A DNA stretch of 64,000 bases from an uncultured Prevotella sp. (GCA_947170265.1 CAMVSV010000010.1:9702-73701); one strand, 5' to 3'; shown: positions 18,648 to 29,357, numbered from the stretch's first letter. A program made the numbers and translations. Notes: generated by a model from the sequence alone, not told the origin.

Positions 18648-20300
18648 TTATTCTGGTATGGCGAACTTATCGCCAGTCTGTTTGACCAGAGCCCTACGCG
18701 AATAGTCTGAATAGCCGGGACGTTTTACGCGAGCACCGATACCAGCGGGTGTACGTTCAAACTTACCATCTTTCTCCGGTTTTACAGCCATATCGTTGTA
18801 TTTCACTATGAGGTAAACAGCGAGTTGTTTCCAACGGTCAAGCATCTGCTGAGCCTTTTCGTTGCTATAGTCGTTGAGGAATTTCAATGCTGCAGACTTG
18901 TCGGCAGCATACATCACCTTTGCCTTTTCCTCTACATCAGCCTGACACGCATCATAAGAACGCTCAAGAGAGTCACGCACCTCTTTAAGCGACGGGAACA
19001 TCTGACTGTATCTCGGATATACCATGTTGCTTACCCAGTTGCAAACCCAATAGGCATTCTTATCTGAGAAGGTAACGGCATCGGCTCCGGGGGTGTTGTA
19101 ACACTCCGGCTGAACAGTATTGCCACAATATACGGGTGTATATGCTACCATGTTGCCGTCATCGTTGCCAAACCATAACACGCCACCAATCTCCCTGGGA
19201 AGCCACGAGCGCATTTGAGAGATATATGAGAAACCTGTTTGCTGAGTGCTGGTAGGACGCTCGTTGAAATACTTCTTTCCGTCAACTTCAAAGGTAAGAG
19301 GCGTGGGACGGTATGGTGTCTCCCACAGTCCCTGTGCCAAGTCCTGGTCAAGAGACAGCGGTGTGCCCTCATAATGGTCGCGCATACACTCCCTGATGTC
19401 AGCCATTGATACCTTGCGGTTTGGAACAATCCAAAGAGGCATGTCTTCAGCATCAGGATCCTTGCCAAGAGCCCACGGCAGATAGCGTGAGAAGTCATCG
19501 GAGAAATGATTGAAGAACGCCCATACACGAGCATCGCAGAAACGCCGTCCCTGGAAATCAGGCTTGGCATAAGCCTCTTTCCAAGAGAACTCATTATCCT
19601 TGCCGGAAAACCATCCGTTGGCGCGAGCATAGTCAACGACGTTCTTTGAGAAAAGGATATTCTTCTTGTCTTTCATGTTGAAAGAGCCAATGCGGCTTTG
19701 GTTGGCATGTGCACAGATGGCATTGTCGGGTATGCGCATGGCAACCCACACCACCCTATTCTTTGATGCCTTGCGGTCGGAACCACAACCCATCATTTCC
19801 ATTATCCACGCCTCATTGGGGTCGCAGATGGTGAAGGTCTCTCCCTCTGAGTTATATCCATAGGTCTCAGCAAGACTTGTCATCACTGCTATCGCCTCCC
19901 TTGCCGTCTTTGAGCGTTGCAAGGCTATGTAGATGAGACTGCCGTAGTCGAGAATGCCTGTTGTATCAACCATTTCCTCTCTTCCACCATAGGTGGTTTC
20001 GCCAATGGTTACCTGAAACTCGTTGATATTGCCAATGACGTTGTAGGTCTCGGGAGCTTCGGGTATCTCACCCCTATACTCATGTGTGTCCCAGTTGACC
20101 ACTTTACGCATTTCATCCTTGGAATGTTTTCCTGCCGGAAAATGACACAAGCCAATGAACATGCCATAGTCGTCGGCATTGTAAGTACAGAACACCGAAC
20201 CATCGGCAGAGGCTTGCTTTCCCACAATGAAGTTTGTGCACGCAGATGATGGCAGGATATATGCACATAAGGCGCAAATAAGAACAAATATGTTTCTCAT
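18648..20300 (-). CDS. C69-family dipeptidase (Ntn-hydrolase type), secreted
   Basis: The ORF track starts at a GTG (20321). I prefer ATG 20300 (MRNIFVLICAL...). A signal peptide is followed by the Cys nucleophile context PSSACTNFIVGK. Confidence 0.8.
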   Translation of the reverse strand: MRNIFVLICALCAYILPSSACTNFIVGKQASADGSVFCTYNADDYGMFIGLCHFPAGKHSKDEMRKVVNWDTHEYRGEIPEAPETYNVIGNINEFQVTIGETTYGGREEMVDTTGILDYGSLIYIALQRSKTAREAIAVMTSLAETYGYNSEGETFTICDPNEAWIMEMMGCGSDRKASKNRVVWVAMRIPDNAICAHANQSRIGSFNMKDKKNILFSKNVVDYARANGWFSGKDNEFSWKEAYAKPDFQGRRFCDARVWAFFNHFSDDFSRYLPWALGKDPDAEDMPLWIVPNRKVSMADIRECMRDHYEGTPLSLDQDLAQGLWETPYRPTPLTFEVDGKKYFNERPTSTQQTGFSYISQMRSWLPREIGGVLWFGNDDGNMVAYTPVYCGNTVQPECYNTPGADAVTFSDKNAYWVCNWVSNMVYPRYSQMFPSLKEVRDSLERSYDACQADVEEKAKVMYAADKSAALKFLNDYSNEKAQQMLDRWKQLAVYLIVKYNDMAVKPEKDGKFERTPAGIGARVKRPGYSDYSRRALVKQTGDKFAIPE

Positions 20301-20318
20301 AATACCTAAAATCCGCAC

Positions 20319-20408
20319 CACTTTGATTTAACGTTCATTTAAGTTCCAGAACAACAAAAAGTTGCTTGGGATTATACCATGTCAGAGATTTCACTTACCT
20401 TAGTGGTG
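20319..20408. repeat. About 90-nt leader-like element, copy 1 (immediately upstream of the dipeptidase start codon)
   Basis: Alignable end to end with 22456-22546. Both begin CACTTTGA and end CTTAGTGGTG, and both sit 16-18 nt from a minus-strand ATG. Confidence 0.7.
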
Positions 20409-20624
20409 CTATTAAAAGTCAATAAAACTCCGACTGGAATGGCAAAAGTAGCAATAATAAATGAGAAAATCACCGCTTTTGGCGGAATAATTTCGAGTTG
20501 GATAAATTTGAGCACTTCTTGGTGGTGTAACTATAGGCAGTTCACAAAGCAATAGGTACTTAAGGTGGGTTCTATTGATTACCACCGCAACGACAAACTT
20601 AAAACATGGGTTGACGTTTTGCCA

Positions 20625-22439
20625 TCATTTTCGTTTCCCATCCCAATTGTATAAGTGATTATACCTAATTATTTTATCAGAAATAGCGTATGCTTTTTTA
20701 AGATTATCTATTTCTGATGATGACACTTTTGTTATATCACCTTCAATATGATAATTGGGTGCAATAGCAAATGGCGATTTATCTACAGAAAGAATACTCT
20801 TCCCTAAACCTTTCCAAACATAATCTTGAAGTTGCATTAAATGGAGTAAAGTGGGATAGATGTCAATCTGTCCCATCACTGACTCATAACGCATGGGCTT
20901 CGGAGAGTTGATGATAATCAATGGTACAAAAGGCTTGTCAGACACCAGTCCTTTTCCTTGTCGGGTTCTACATAGACTTTCGCGGTCACCAGCCAATCCT
21001 TCATGATCTCCCATAATAACAATCATTGTTTCTTTATAATCTGGACGTTTTTGAAGATAATCAATCAAAATGCCAAGAGCGTGGTCTGTGTAGTTAGCCG
21101 TAACAAGATAGTCGCGCAACATTTCAGGATAATCCCCTTTAAGATGAATGCGATGCAGATCCTCAGATAACTTAAACGGATGATGTCCTGAATATGTTAC
21201 AAACTGGATAAATACATTATTGTCTTTATTCCATAGTTTGCCATGCTTCATCAGTTCCACAGCTTGACTCATGAGTGCAGCATCACCGATGTTTTTCCTC
21301 GGTCCACTGGCGTCTTCCATCTTCCAGTCATTTCGATACATGGCACTATCTATACCAAAGGCCAAAGCAACAGCCTGTTGATTCCATATCGTTGGCCGGT
21401 CTGCCGTCAGCAACCAGCTATGAGTGTTCCAACGCTCCTTCATGGCTTTGGTAAGCGTAAAAAAGCGATTCTTGGGATATAGCAATGACCATGCACCGCT
21501 TTCAACAGGCAACAGACCAGCATTGACCATCAGTTGGCAGTCAATGCTGCGGCCACCTTTCACTTGTGACAGCACATGAGGCGCATATAGAGTTGATTGA
21601 TTGCGTATGAGTTTATTGAGATTCGGCGTTATCTCTATCCCCTCCACACGCTTTTCCAATACCCACGACTCCAATGATTCACAAAGAACAAGCACCAGAT
21701 TCTTTCTCACTCCAAGGCTGTCTGCTGGCGATGATATTGCAACATGCTGACGCAAATAGTCGGCAATCTCTGAAGATTCTTCTTCGCTGATATGTGTTCC
21801 ACTTGTCAATGAATCATATACCATCATCCCGAATATGGTGTATGCTGGTGTTACACACATATAATCATTTATTGTTTTCCGTGATTTGATAGCATTTACC
21901 AGTCCTCCCATTACAAAAACAAGACATAACGAAAGTGTTACACACAGGACTAACACATTTCTAAAGCCTTTACGCCAATTTTCTTCTGTATTCTTGCGCC
22001 TCACAAAGAAGAAAGGAAGCATCAACAACGGCAAAAGGAAGTCGGACCATCGTATAGATGCAATGACACTGGGAAGGAAATCCGTCAAGTTGTCTGCTAT
22101 CAGATAGCTCTGCAAAGGTATAGCACTGTTGTATGTGCGGTTATACATTAGGTTTGCTATCAACAGAAGGTCAAGAATGAAGACTATTGGAAGAAAGAAC
22201 CGATCTTTACGCGAAAAAATATATGGGAGCAAGAGTATCAGACTGACTGTCAATGCATTGATATATGTCTCTGGATACGAAAATGCACGAAAGGTAGTTT
22301 GAATAGACCAAAACAAATCAAACAATAGAAATGTCGAAACAAGTAAGATCAAACGAATTCTTACCTCATAAGACAACTTGAACTTTTCAAAGATGCGCTT
22401 CATAGTCTCCTTATTTAAGGATGCCAATAACTTTTCCAT
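20625..22439 (-). CDS. LTA-synthase-family / sulfatase-domain membrane protein
   Basis: The ORF track starts at a TTG (22445), and an ATG lies 2 codons in. An N-terminal multi-TM block is followed by an alkaline-phosphatase-superfamily domain (LVLVLCESLESW ... IVIMGDHEG). Confidence 0.7.
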   Translation of the reverse strand: MEKLLASLNKETMKRIFEKFKLSYEVRIRLILLVSTFLLFDLFWSIQTTFRAFSYPETYINALTVSLILLLPYIFSRKDRFFLPIVFILDLLLIANLMYNRTYNSAIPLQSYLIADNLTDFLPSVIASIRWSDFLLPLLMLPFFFVRRKNTEENWRKGFRNVLVLCVTLSLCLVFVMGGLVNAIKSRKTINDYMCVTPAYTIFGMMVYDSLTSGTHISEEESSEIADYLRQHVAISSPADSLGVRKNLVLVLCESLESWVLEKRVEGIEITPNLNKLIRNQSTLYAPHVLSQVKGGRSIDCQLMVNAGLLPVESGAWSLLYPKNRFFTLTKAMKERWNTHSWLLTADRPTIWNQQAVALAFGIDSAMYRNDWKMEDASGPRKNIGDAALMSQAVELMKHGKLWNKDNNVFIQFVTYSGHHPFKLSEDLHRIHLKGDYPEMLRDYLVTANYTDHALGILIDYLQKRPDYKETMIVIMGDHEGLAGDRESLCRTRQGKGLVSDKPFVPLIIINSPKPMRYESVMGQIDIYPTLLHLMQLQDYVWKGLGKSILSVDKSPFAIAPNYHIEGDITKVSSSEIDNLKKAYAISDKIIRYNHLYNWDGKRK

Positions 22440-22455
22440 CCTCAAAATTCTACAA

Positions 22456-22546
22456 CACTTTGAGTAAATAACCTTTATAAGTCCCTGAGCAACAGAAAAG
22501 TTGCCCAGGATTTTGCCATATCAATCTTACACTTATCTTAGTGGTG
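22456..22546. repeat. About 90-nt leader-like element, copy 2 (immediately upstream of the sulfatase-family gene start codon)
   Basis: See 20319-20408. Contains hairpin CCTGAGCAAC(22484-22493)/GTTGCCCAGG(22500-22509). Confidence 0.7.
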
Positions 22547-22604
22547 AAATTAATGTGGAATATACTAATTACCACCGTAATAAAGCTAATTAACAGAACC
22601 CACC

Positions 22605-23453
22605 TTAACAAGCCTTGAAGCTCATGTCAAGTCCTTTCACAGAATGGGTGAGGGCACCTACCGACACGAAGTCAACGCCCTGCTCAGCATAGGAGCGTAT
22701 GGTATCGAATGTTATGCCGCCACTCGACTCTGTCTCATACCTGCCGGCGATGATGTCAACAGCTTTCTTGGTGTCTTCAACAGTGAAATTGTCGAGCATG
22801 ATTCTGTCGACACCACCACAACTGAGCACCTGTTGGAGCTCGTCAAAGTTGCGAACCTCGATTTCTATTTTCAAATCAAGACCTTTGGTCCTGAGGTATT
22901 CATGACATCTGTTGATGGCATTTGAGATGCCACCGGCAAAGTCCACATGGTTGTCCTTGAGAAGAATCATGTCGAACAAACCAATACGATGATTGGTGCC
23001 ACCACCAATCTTCACAGCCTGCTTCTCTATCATTCGGAGTCCCGGCGTGGTCTTTCTCGTGTCAAGCACACGGGTGTTTGTTCCTTCAAGCAACTTGACA
23101 TATTTGTTGGTCATGGTGGCTATGCCACTCATACGCTGCATGATGTTGAGCATAAGACGCTCGGTTTGAAGAAGAGAGCGCACCTTACCGCTCACAACCA
23201 TTGCCACATCACCAGGTTTTACATGGGTACCGTCATTAATAAACACTTCAACCTGCATTGTCGGGTCAAAAGCATTGAATACCTTCTTCGCCATTTCTAT
23301 ACCGGCAAGTATTCCTTCCTCCTTTATGAGAAGCTTTGACTTGCCCATGGCATCGTCGGGTATACAGCAAAGTGTAGTGTGGTCACCATCGCCGATGTCT
23401 TCTGCAAAGGCGAGTTCTATCAGTTTATCTTCTAATTGGTCAACGCTTAACAT
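22605..23453 (-). CDS. nadC: Nicotinate-nucleotide pyrophosphorylase (quinolinate phosphoribosyltransferase)
   Basis: 282 aa. Typical NadC sequence (DTRKTTPGLR, LLKDNH, ESSGGI). Confidence 0.9.
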   Translation of the reverse strand: MLSVDQLEDKLIELAFAEDIGDGDHTTLCCIPDDAMGKSKLLIKEEGILAGIEMAKKVFNAFDPTMQVEVFINDGTHVKPGDVAMVVSGKVRSLLQTERLMLNIMQRMSGIATMTNKYVKLLEGTNTRVLDTRKTTPGLRMIEKQAVKIGGGTNHRIGLFDMILLKDNHVDFAGGISNAINRCHEYLRTKGLDLKIEIEVRNFDELQQVLSCGGVDRIMLDNFTVEDTKKAVDIIAGRYETESSGGITFDTIRSYAEQGVDFVSVGALTHSVKGLDMSFKAC

Positions 23454-23653
23454 AGTAACTTGTTATTTTTAAATGCTTGTAAAATACCTTGATTATTCTT
23501 TATTATCTCTATTGTGCCTCCGAGCCATTCGGTCATCGGCAGCTCATCGTCAAGCTCATAGAAGTTGACAACCCTCTGTTCGACAATTTCAACGATGCCG
23601 GGACTCAATTCCCGATCACCTATTATAATAGTATTAGCTCCAATCCTCCGCAT
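23447..23653 (-). CDS. Small hypothetical protein (68 aa) translationally coupled to nadC
   Basis: ATG-started ORF whose stop overlaps the nadC start by 7 nt. I recognise no family. Confidence 0.4.
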   Translation of the reverse strand: MRRIGANTIIIGDRELSPGIVEIVEQRVVNFYELDDELPMTEWLGGTIEIIKNNQGILQAFKNNKLLC

Positions 23654-23660
23654 GAAAAAA

Positions 23661-24632
23661 TCAACGATGAAACTGCTTGGGACTTACAGACTCACGGGGT
23701 GAACGCTGTCGCCCAAACATAGCACTTGCCCCACCATGGGCTGGTAACGATTTGTTTCCGGCACTGTCTCTGTATACCGGACCAAGAGTGTCTCTATTTT
23801 GCTTGGCTTGTGAGCCATCATCATGCTTCTCGCCAGTTGCTCCGTCAATGGAATCTTTTGAGTCAACATGCATTCTTATGAGTTGAATGTTGTTTACCGA
23901 CATCAACTTGAGAGTGGACGACGTATTGCTAAATCCCTTATTGAAGATAAACATTCCCTTGACGTTCTTAATTCCAAGTCTGTTGTTGTCATTGACCTGA
24001 AGCGAATAGTGGGTATTGGTAATGATACGTCGCGTCTCACTTGCCACGCTGTCATTGTTGAAAGTTATTGCCAATATGGCAACACCGTCGCGCGAGCCTT
24101 CCTGCACAATGAAGTGAGTATCGAAATTCAACATGATTCTGTCACCTTTATGAAAGGCGGTGTCAGCCTTGAGGGTGAACGACAGAGAATTGTAGGGAGG
24201 TTGCTGGGCAAGCACTATACTCTTCTCACCAATCCACACATCGGCGGTATCGCCCTTGGCAGTTATGGAGCCATACTGGGCGAGATCGCTTGCCGTGGCA
24301 CCTTGAGAAATTGCCTCTGTCTCAAAACGTTTTGCCAACTGTTCATAGATATCGTGCATCTGGGCTGTATGACGAATGTAATACTGAAGCGACGATTCGA
24401 AATATCCTTCCGAGACACCGTATTTCTCAAGAACTGCCAGCTTGCATGCCTGACGGTTTATTTCATTATCTTTGGCTTCTGCCAGAAGAAGACCTTGTGC
24501 AAGATGATAGTCATAGAGTATGTCTTCCATCTGCCCAGGTTGGATATACTCACTTGGAACACTTGGTTTGCAAGAGACAAGCGAGCATGTTATGAGTAAT
24601 GATATTATGATGGAAGCTATACTTATTCGCAT
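23661..24632 (-). CDS. Lipoprotein, DUF4296-like N-terminus
   Basis: 323 aa. Lipobox LITCSLVSC, then QPGQMEDILYDYHLAQGL. It sits directly downstream of lspA, as DUF4296 proteins usually do in Bacteroidetes (from memory, not searched). Confidence 0.55.
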   Translation of the reverse strand: MRISIASIIISLLITCSLVSCKPSVPSEYIQPGQMEDILYDYHLAQGLLLAEAKDNEINRQACKLAVLEKYGVSEGYFESSLQYYIRHTAQMHDIYEQLAKRFETEAISQGATASDLAQYGSITAKGDTADVWIGEKSIVLAQQPPYNSLSFTLKADTAFHKGDRIMLNFDTHFIVQEGSRDGVAILAITFNNDSVASETRRIITNTHYSLQVNDNNRLGIKNVKGMFIFNKGFSNTSSTLKLMSVNNIQLIRMHVDSKDSIDGATGEKHDDGSQAKQNRDTLGPVYRDSAGNKSLPAHGGASAMFGRQRSPRESVSPKQFHR

Positions 24633-24665
24633 GGTTGTGAGTGGTGTGAATATGGATGAACCCCA

Positions 24666-25304
24666 TCAGCTGGCTTCAGAGGTACTCTGCTCTCCATCAG
24701 AGTTGGCACCCAGCTCTTTTCTGAAAAAGATTATGAGCAAAAAGGCACCAACAGAGATGCATGCATCTGCAAAATTGAACACTGGAGAGAAAAAGATGAA
24801 ATGGTCGCCTCCGCAAAAAGGCACCCAATCTGGCCATGACGTGTCGATGATGGGGAAATAGAACATGTCAACGACTTTGCCCATGAGAGGCTGGGCATAT
24901 CCCTGTCCGAACTCCGTGATATGAGCGATGCTGTATGGCGTGGACTCAGAGAACACGACTCCATAGAACAGGGAGTCGAAGATGTTGCCGGCAGCACCTG
25001 CAAGTATCATGGCAAGAACCGTGAGATATCCGTAGCCTGCAGTTCCACGTTTGAGTTGCCCATGGATATAATATATACCAAAAACCACCGCTACGATTCT
25101 AAAGATGCTGAGAAACAATTTGCTTCCCAGCTCCATTCCCCATGCCATTCCATTGTTTTCTATGAAATGTATTCTAAACCAATCGGCGACATATATCTCA
25201 TCGCCTAACGGCATGTTCATCTTTACACTCACCTTAATGGCCTGGTCTATGAGCAATATAGACACGACAACGAGCCAGACGAGTAGTCTCTTGCTTATTT
25301 TCAT
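24666..25304 (-). CDS. lspA: Lipoprotein signal peptidase II
   Basis: 212 aa. Motifs NNGMAWG and VFNFADACISVG. Confidence 0.9.
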   Translation of the reverse strand: MKISKRLLVWLVVVSILLIDQAIKVSVKMNMPLGDEIYVADWFRIHFIENNGMAWGMELGSKLFLSIFRIVAVVFGIYYIHGQLKRGTAGYGYLTVLAMILAGAAGNIFDSLFYGVVFSESTPYSIAHITEFGQGYAQPLMGKVVDMFYFPIIDTSWPDWVPFCGGDHFIFFSPVFNFADACISVGAFLLIIFFRKELGANSDGEQSTSEAS

Positions 25305-25685
25305 TTACTTTTTTCTCTGCATTTTCGATGCTACGCTCAACGTGGCATGTGGTACGGCACGAAGACGTTCCTTTGGAATGAGCTCACCCGTGAGTCGGTC
25401 AATACCGTAGGTCTTATTTTCTATTCTCACAAGTGCAGCCTCCAAGCCTTGGATGAACTTCTGCTGTCGCTGAGCCATTTGCACCAATTCTTCTTTCGAC
25501 TGCGTGGTGCTACCCTCCTCCAGAGCCTTGTATGTTGGTGAGGTATCGTCAACATCGTTTGAGTCTTGGTTCATAAGCACTCTCATAGTAGCAGAATAGT
25601 CCTCGCGTGTAATTCTAAGTTTCTCATTGATGATTTCTCTGAACTCATTCAGTTCTTCATCTGTGTAACGTGCTTTAGTTGCCAT
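25305..25685 (-). CDS. DksA/TraR-family regulator (cysteine-less variant)
   Basis: The ORF track starts at a TTG (25715). I prefer ATG 25685 (MATKARYTDEEL). It has a coiled-coil region plus a C-terminal YGIDRLTGELIPKERLRAVPHATL, in the classic ileS-dksA-lspA position. Confidence 0.65.
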   Translation of the reverse strand: MATKARYTDEELNEFREIINEKLRITREDYSATMRVLMNQDSNDVDDTSPTYKALEEGSTTQSKEELVQMAQRQQKFIQGLEAALVRIENKTYGIDRLTGELIPKERLRAVPHATLSVASKMQRKK

Positions 25686-25759
25686 ATTAATGAGTTTTAG
25701 AAGGCTTGCCCGCAATACTTGCCGTTTGCAGGCAAGCCCATGGTTAACAATATTTTTTA

Positions 25760-28700
25760 TTATATCTTTTCCACTTTAATCTTAACCTTCACATCATCTA
25801 TATCAAGTTCTGTACCATCGTTGTCGCATACGACTATGTCGTCGGCAAGAACTTGCGTCTTGATGTATTCACCATAGCTTTCTACGGCAGCAGTGGTAAT
25901 GTCACCAGGCGACACATAGACTCTGATACGGTCAACAATTTCCAAGCCACTGTCTTTTCGGATGTTTTGTATTCTATTGATAAGCTCACGTGCCATGCCT
26001 TCATTACGCAGTTCATCGGTGAGTTCCACCTCCAAAGCCACAGTAAGACTGCCTTCGTTTGACACCAACCATCCCGGAATGTCTTCACTATATATCTCAA
26101 CGTCGGATGCGTCAATGAGTATACTCTCACCGTCGACATCCAATGGAAGCTGTTTTTGTGTCTCCAAAGAGATAATTTGCTCTTGTGTGAGTTCATTAAT
26201 CTTGGCTGCGATACTCTTCATGAGCTTACCATACTTCTTACCCATTGTACGGAAGTTGCACTTAACCTTCTTAACCAAGATACCAGAACCTTCAACGAAA
26301 TTGAGCTGTTTGACGTTAACCTCATTTACAATAAGTTCCTTCACTGCCTCAATGTGTTCTTTCTGCTTGGCATCTGTGGCGGGTATGATAATCTGCTGTA
26401 GTGGTTGACGAACCTTTATGTTCACTTTTCTACGCAGAGCCAATACCATTGACGTTATTTTCTGTGCCATGCCCATGCGCGTCTCAAGGTCTTTGTCAAT
26501 ATATGCTTCATTTGCCTTGGGGAAGAATTCCAAATGTATACTTTCCTTCTCACCACCGAGATCTGCATAGAGTTGGTCAGTGAAGAATGGAGCAAACGGT
26601 GCAAGTAGCTTTGACACAGTCATGAGACATTCATAAAGAGTCTGGTAGGCTGACAGTTTATCCTTGCTCATCTCCTTGCCCCAGAAACGCTTACGGTTGA
26701 GTCGAACATACCAGTTGGACAAATCGTCGTTGACAAACGACTCTATGAGACGCCCTGCCCTTGTGGGGTCGTAACCATCGAGCTCGGCTTCGACGTTTTT
26801 GATAAGCGTATGGAGGGTTGATATTATCCACCTGTCTATCTCCGGACGCTCATTTACTGGAACCTGTTCCGTGACGGGGTCGAAGCCGTCAACGTTGGCA
26901 TAGAGAGCAAAGAAACTGTAGGTATTAAATAATGTACCGAAGAACTTACGGCGTATTTCATCCACGCCGTTTGGGTCGAACTTGAGATTGTCCCACGGCT
27001 CAGAGTTTGTCATCATATAGAATCTTACGGCATCAGAACCATATTTGTCAATCATTTCAAAGGGATTGACAACATTTCCTACATGCTTAGACATTTTGTT
27101 ACCTTTGGAATCCAATACCAGTCCTGAGGATATGACATTCTTGAATGCAACAGAGTCAAACACCATAGTTGCAATAGCATGGAGTGTAAAAAACCATCCT
27201 CGTGTCTGGTCAACACCTTCATTAATGAAGTCTGCCGGGAAAGCAAGCTTCTTGTCAATGACATCTCTGTTTTCAAAAGGATAGTGTACCTGAGCATAAG
27301 GCATGGAACCAGAATCAAACCAAACATCTATTAGGTCGGCTTCACGCTTCATTGGCTTACCATCCTTTGAGACAAGAACAATATTGTCAACGTATGGACG
27401 ATGCAAGTCTATCCTATCATAGTTCTCTTGAGAAAAGTCGCCAACAATAAATCCTTTATTCTTCAGCGGGTTAGAACTCATGATTCCGGCATTTACCGAT
27501 TTCTCTATTTCATTGTACAGTTCCTCTATACTTCCTATACATTTCTCCTCATCACCATCTTCGTCGCGCCAGATAGGGAGAGGTGTTCCCCAGAAACGGC
27601 TTCGCGAAAGATTCCAGTCGTTCAAATTGTCAAGCCAATTGCCAAAACGACCGGTACCTGTTGACTCTGGTTGCCAGTTAATTGTCTTGTTGAGCTCAGA
27701 CATGCGTTCTTTCTTGGCTGTGGAACGAATGAACCATGAGTCAAGTGGATAGTAAAGTACAGGCTTGTCTGTACGCCAGCAATGTGGATAATTGTGCACA
27801 TGCTTTTCTATCTTGAAAGCTTTGTTTGCAGCCTTCAAGTCCATGCATATCGTTATGTCAAGCGTCTCGTCCTTATCCGTAAGATTGTCATCGTAGGCAT
27901 TTTTCACATACCTGCCAGCATACTTGTTCCACAATTCAAGGTTCACATACTTGCTAACGAAGTCTGCATCAAGGTCTTCGGGGAGATAATATTTTCCTGA
28001 GAGATCTACTACAGGACGCTCCGCTCCCTTCTTGTCTATGAGGATGATTGGTGGCACACCCGCCTTCTTTGCAACGAAAGCATCGTCTGCACCGAAGTTT
28101 GGTGCAATATGAACGATACCGGTACCATCTTCGGTGGTGACATAATCACCAGGTATCACCTTGAAAGCACCTTCGCTCATTGGTTTAATACCGGGAATGA
28201 GCTGTTCATAGTGCATTCCCACAAGATCGGTACCTTTGTAGTTTGCAATGATTTTCCAAGGGATTAGCTTTGCTCCCTTTTCATATTCATTCAGGTCTTT
28301 GTCTTTGCCATCTGCAGAGAAATATGCGCTCACACGATTTTCTGCCATCACTGCTGTAATAGGCTCACCAGTATATGGATTATAGCTTTGTATTGCCACA
28401 TAATCAATCTTTGGACCTACACACAATGCAGAATTGGCAGCCAAGGTCCATGGCGTGGTTGTCCATGCAAGGAAAACCGGAGTACCCCACTCCTGCATTT
28501 CCGGCTTTGGGTCTACCATTTTGAACTGTGCCGTACAAGTGGTGTCTTTCACATCGCGATAGCATCCTGGCTGGTTGAGCTCGTGACTTGACAGACCTGT
28601 GCCGGCGGCAGGGGAATATGGCTGTATGGTATAGCCCTTGTAAAGCAAGTCTTTATCGTAGAGTTGCTTCAGTAACCACCACAGCGTTTCAATGTATTTG

Positions 28701-29179
28701 TTGTCGTAGGTGATGTAGGGATGGTCAAGGTCTACGAAATATCCCATTCTCTCTGTGAGGTCACGCCACTCGGCTGTGAACTTCATCACATTCTCCCTAC
28801 ACTTACGGTTATAGTCTTCTGTTGAAATATATCGCTCCGACTCCTTATTGTCTATATCTGCCTTCGTTATGCCCAGTTCTTTTTCCACGCCAAGCTCCAC
28901 AGGCAGTCCGTGAGTATCCCAGCCTGCCTTACGGTGAACCTGAAATCCCTTCATGGTTTTATACCTGTTGAACGTGTCTTTTATGCTGCGTGCAAGCACA
29001 TGGTGTATGCCGGGGTGTCCATTGGCTGATGGCGGTCCCTCGAAGAATACGAACTGAGGGCATCCCTCACGTTCACTTATGCTTTTATGGAAGATGTCTT
29101 TTTTCATCCACATCTCCAACACCTCATTGTTTGTCGCAGTAAGGTTCAACCCCTTGTGCTCGGCAAATTTCTTAGCCAT
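25760..29179 (-). CDS. ileS: Isoleucyl-tRNA synthetase
   Basis: 1139 aa. HIGH-type PSANGHPGIHH and KMSKS (KGNKMSKH). Confidence 0.97.
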   Translation of the reverse strand: MAKKFAEHKGLNLTATNNEVLEMWMKKDIFHKSISEREGCPQFVFFEGPPSANGHPGIHHVLARSIKDTFNRYKTMKGFQVHRKAGWDTHGLPVELGVEKELGITKADIDNKESERYISTEDYNRKCRENVMKFTAEWRDLTERMGYFVDLDHPYITYDNKYIETLWWLLKQLYDKDLLYKGYTIQPYSPAAGTGLSSHELNQPGCYRDVKDTTCTAQFKMVDPKPEMQEWGTPVFLAWTTTPWTLAANSALCVGPKIDYVAIQSYNPYTGEPITAVMAENRVSAYFSADGKDKDLNEYEKGAKLIPWKIIANYKGTDLVGMHYEQLIPGIKPMSEGAFKVIPGDYVTTEDGTGIVHIAPNFGADDAFVAKKAGVPPIILIDKKGAERPVVDLSGKYYLPEDLDADFVSKYVNLELWNKYAGRYVKNAYDDNLTDKDETLDITICMDLKAANKAFKIEKHVHNYPHCWRTDKPVLYYPLDSWFIRSTAKKERMSELNKTINWQPESTGTGRFGNWLDNLNDWNLSRSRFWGTPLPIWRDEDGDEEKCIGSIEELYNEIEKSVNAGIMSSNPLKNKGFIVGDFSQENYDRIDLHRPYVDNIVLVSKDGKPMKREADLIDVWFDSGSMPYAQVHYPFENRDVIDKKLAFPADFINEGVDQTRGWFFTLHAIATMVFDSVAFKNVISSGLVLDSKGNKMSKHVGNVVNPFEMIDKYGSDAVRFYMMTNSEPWDNLKFDPNGVDEIRRKFFGTLFNTYSFFALYANVDGFDPVTEQVPVNERPEIDRWIISTLHTLIKNVEAELDGYDPTRAGRLIESFVNDDLSNWYVRLNRKRFWGKEMSKDKLSAYQTLYECLMTVSKLLAPFAPFFTDQLYADLGGEKESIHLEFFPKANEAYIDKDLETRMGMAQKITSMVLALRRKVNIKVRQPLQQIIIPATDAKQKEHIEAVKELIVNEVNVKQLNFVEGSGILVKKVKCNFRTMGKKYGKLMKSIAAKINELTQEQIISLETQKQLPLDVDGESILIDASDVEIYSEDIPGWLVSNEGSLTVALEVELTDELRNEGMARELINRIQNIRKDSGLEIVDRIRVYVSPGDITTAAVESYGEYIKTQVLADDIVVCDNDGTELDIDDVKVKIKVEKI

Positions 29180-29357
29180 TATTTTAAATTCCTTTAAAGT
29201 TAATATTCAAATAATAATGAATTGTCTTTCTTATTTAGTGCGCAAAGTTAGTAATTAATTTCCATACAAATTGTAAAAACCATTACAAAATTACCAATGC
29301 CATGGCTATTTCAAATTAATTTTAGTAATTTTGCCTCGTAAATCAACATTCAGAAAA

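Noticed and set aside
20562-22606. 12-bp perfect inverted repeat AAGGTGGGTTCT (20562-20573) / AGAACCCACCTT (22595-22606) bracketing the sulfatase-family gene, suggesting an invertible or transposed segment
   Set aside because: By rough expectation, several 12-bp inverted matches within 2 kb are expected by chance in 64 kb. The second copy overlaps the nadC stop codon, and no recombinase is nearby.
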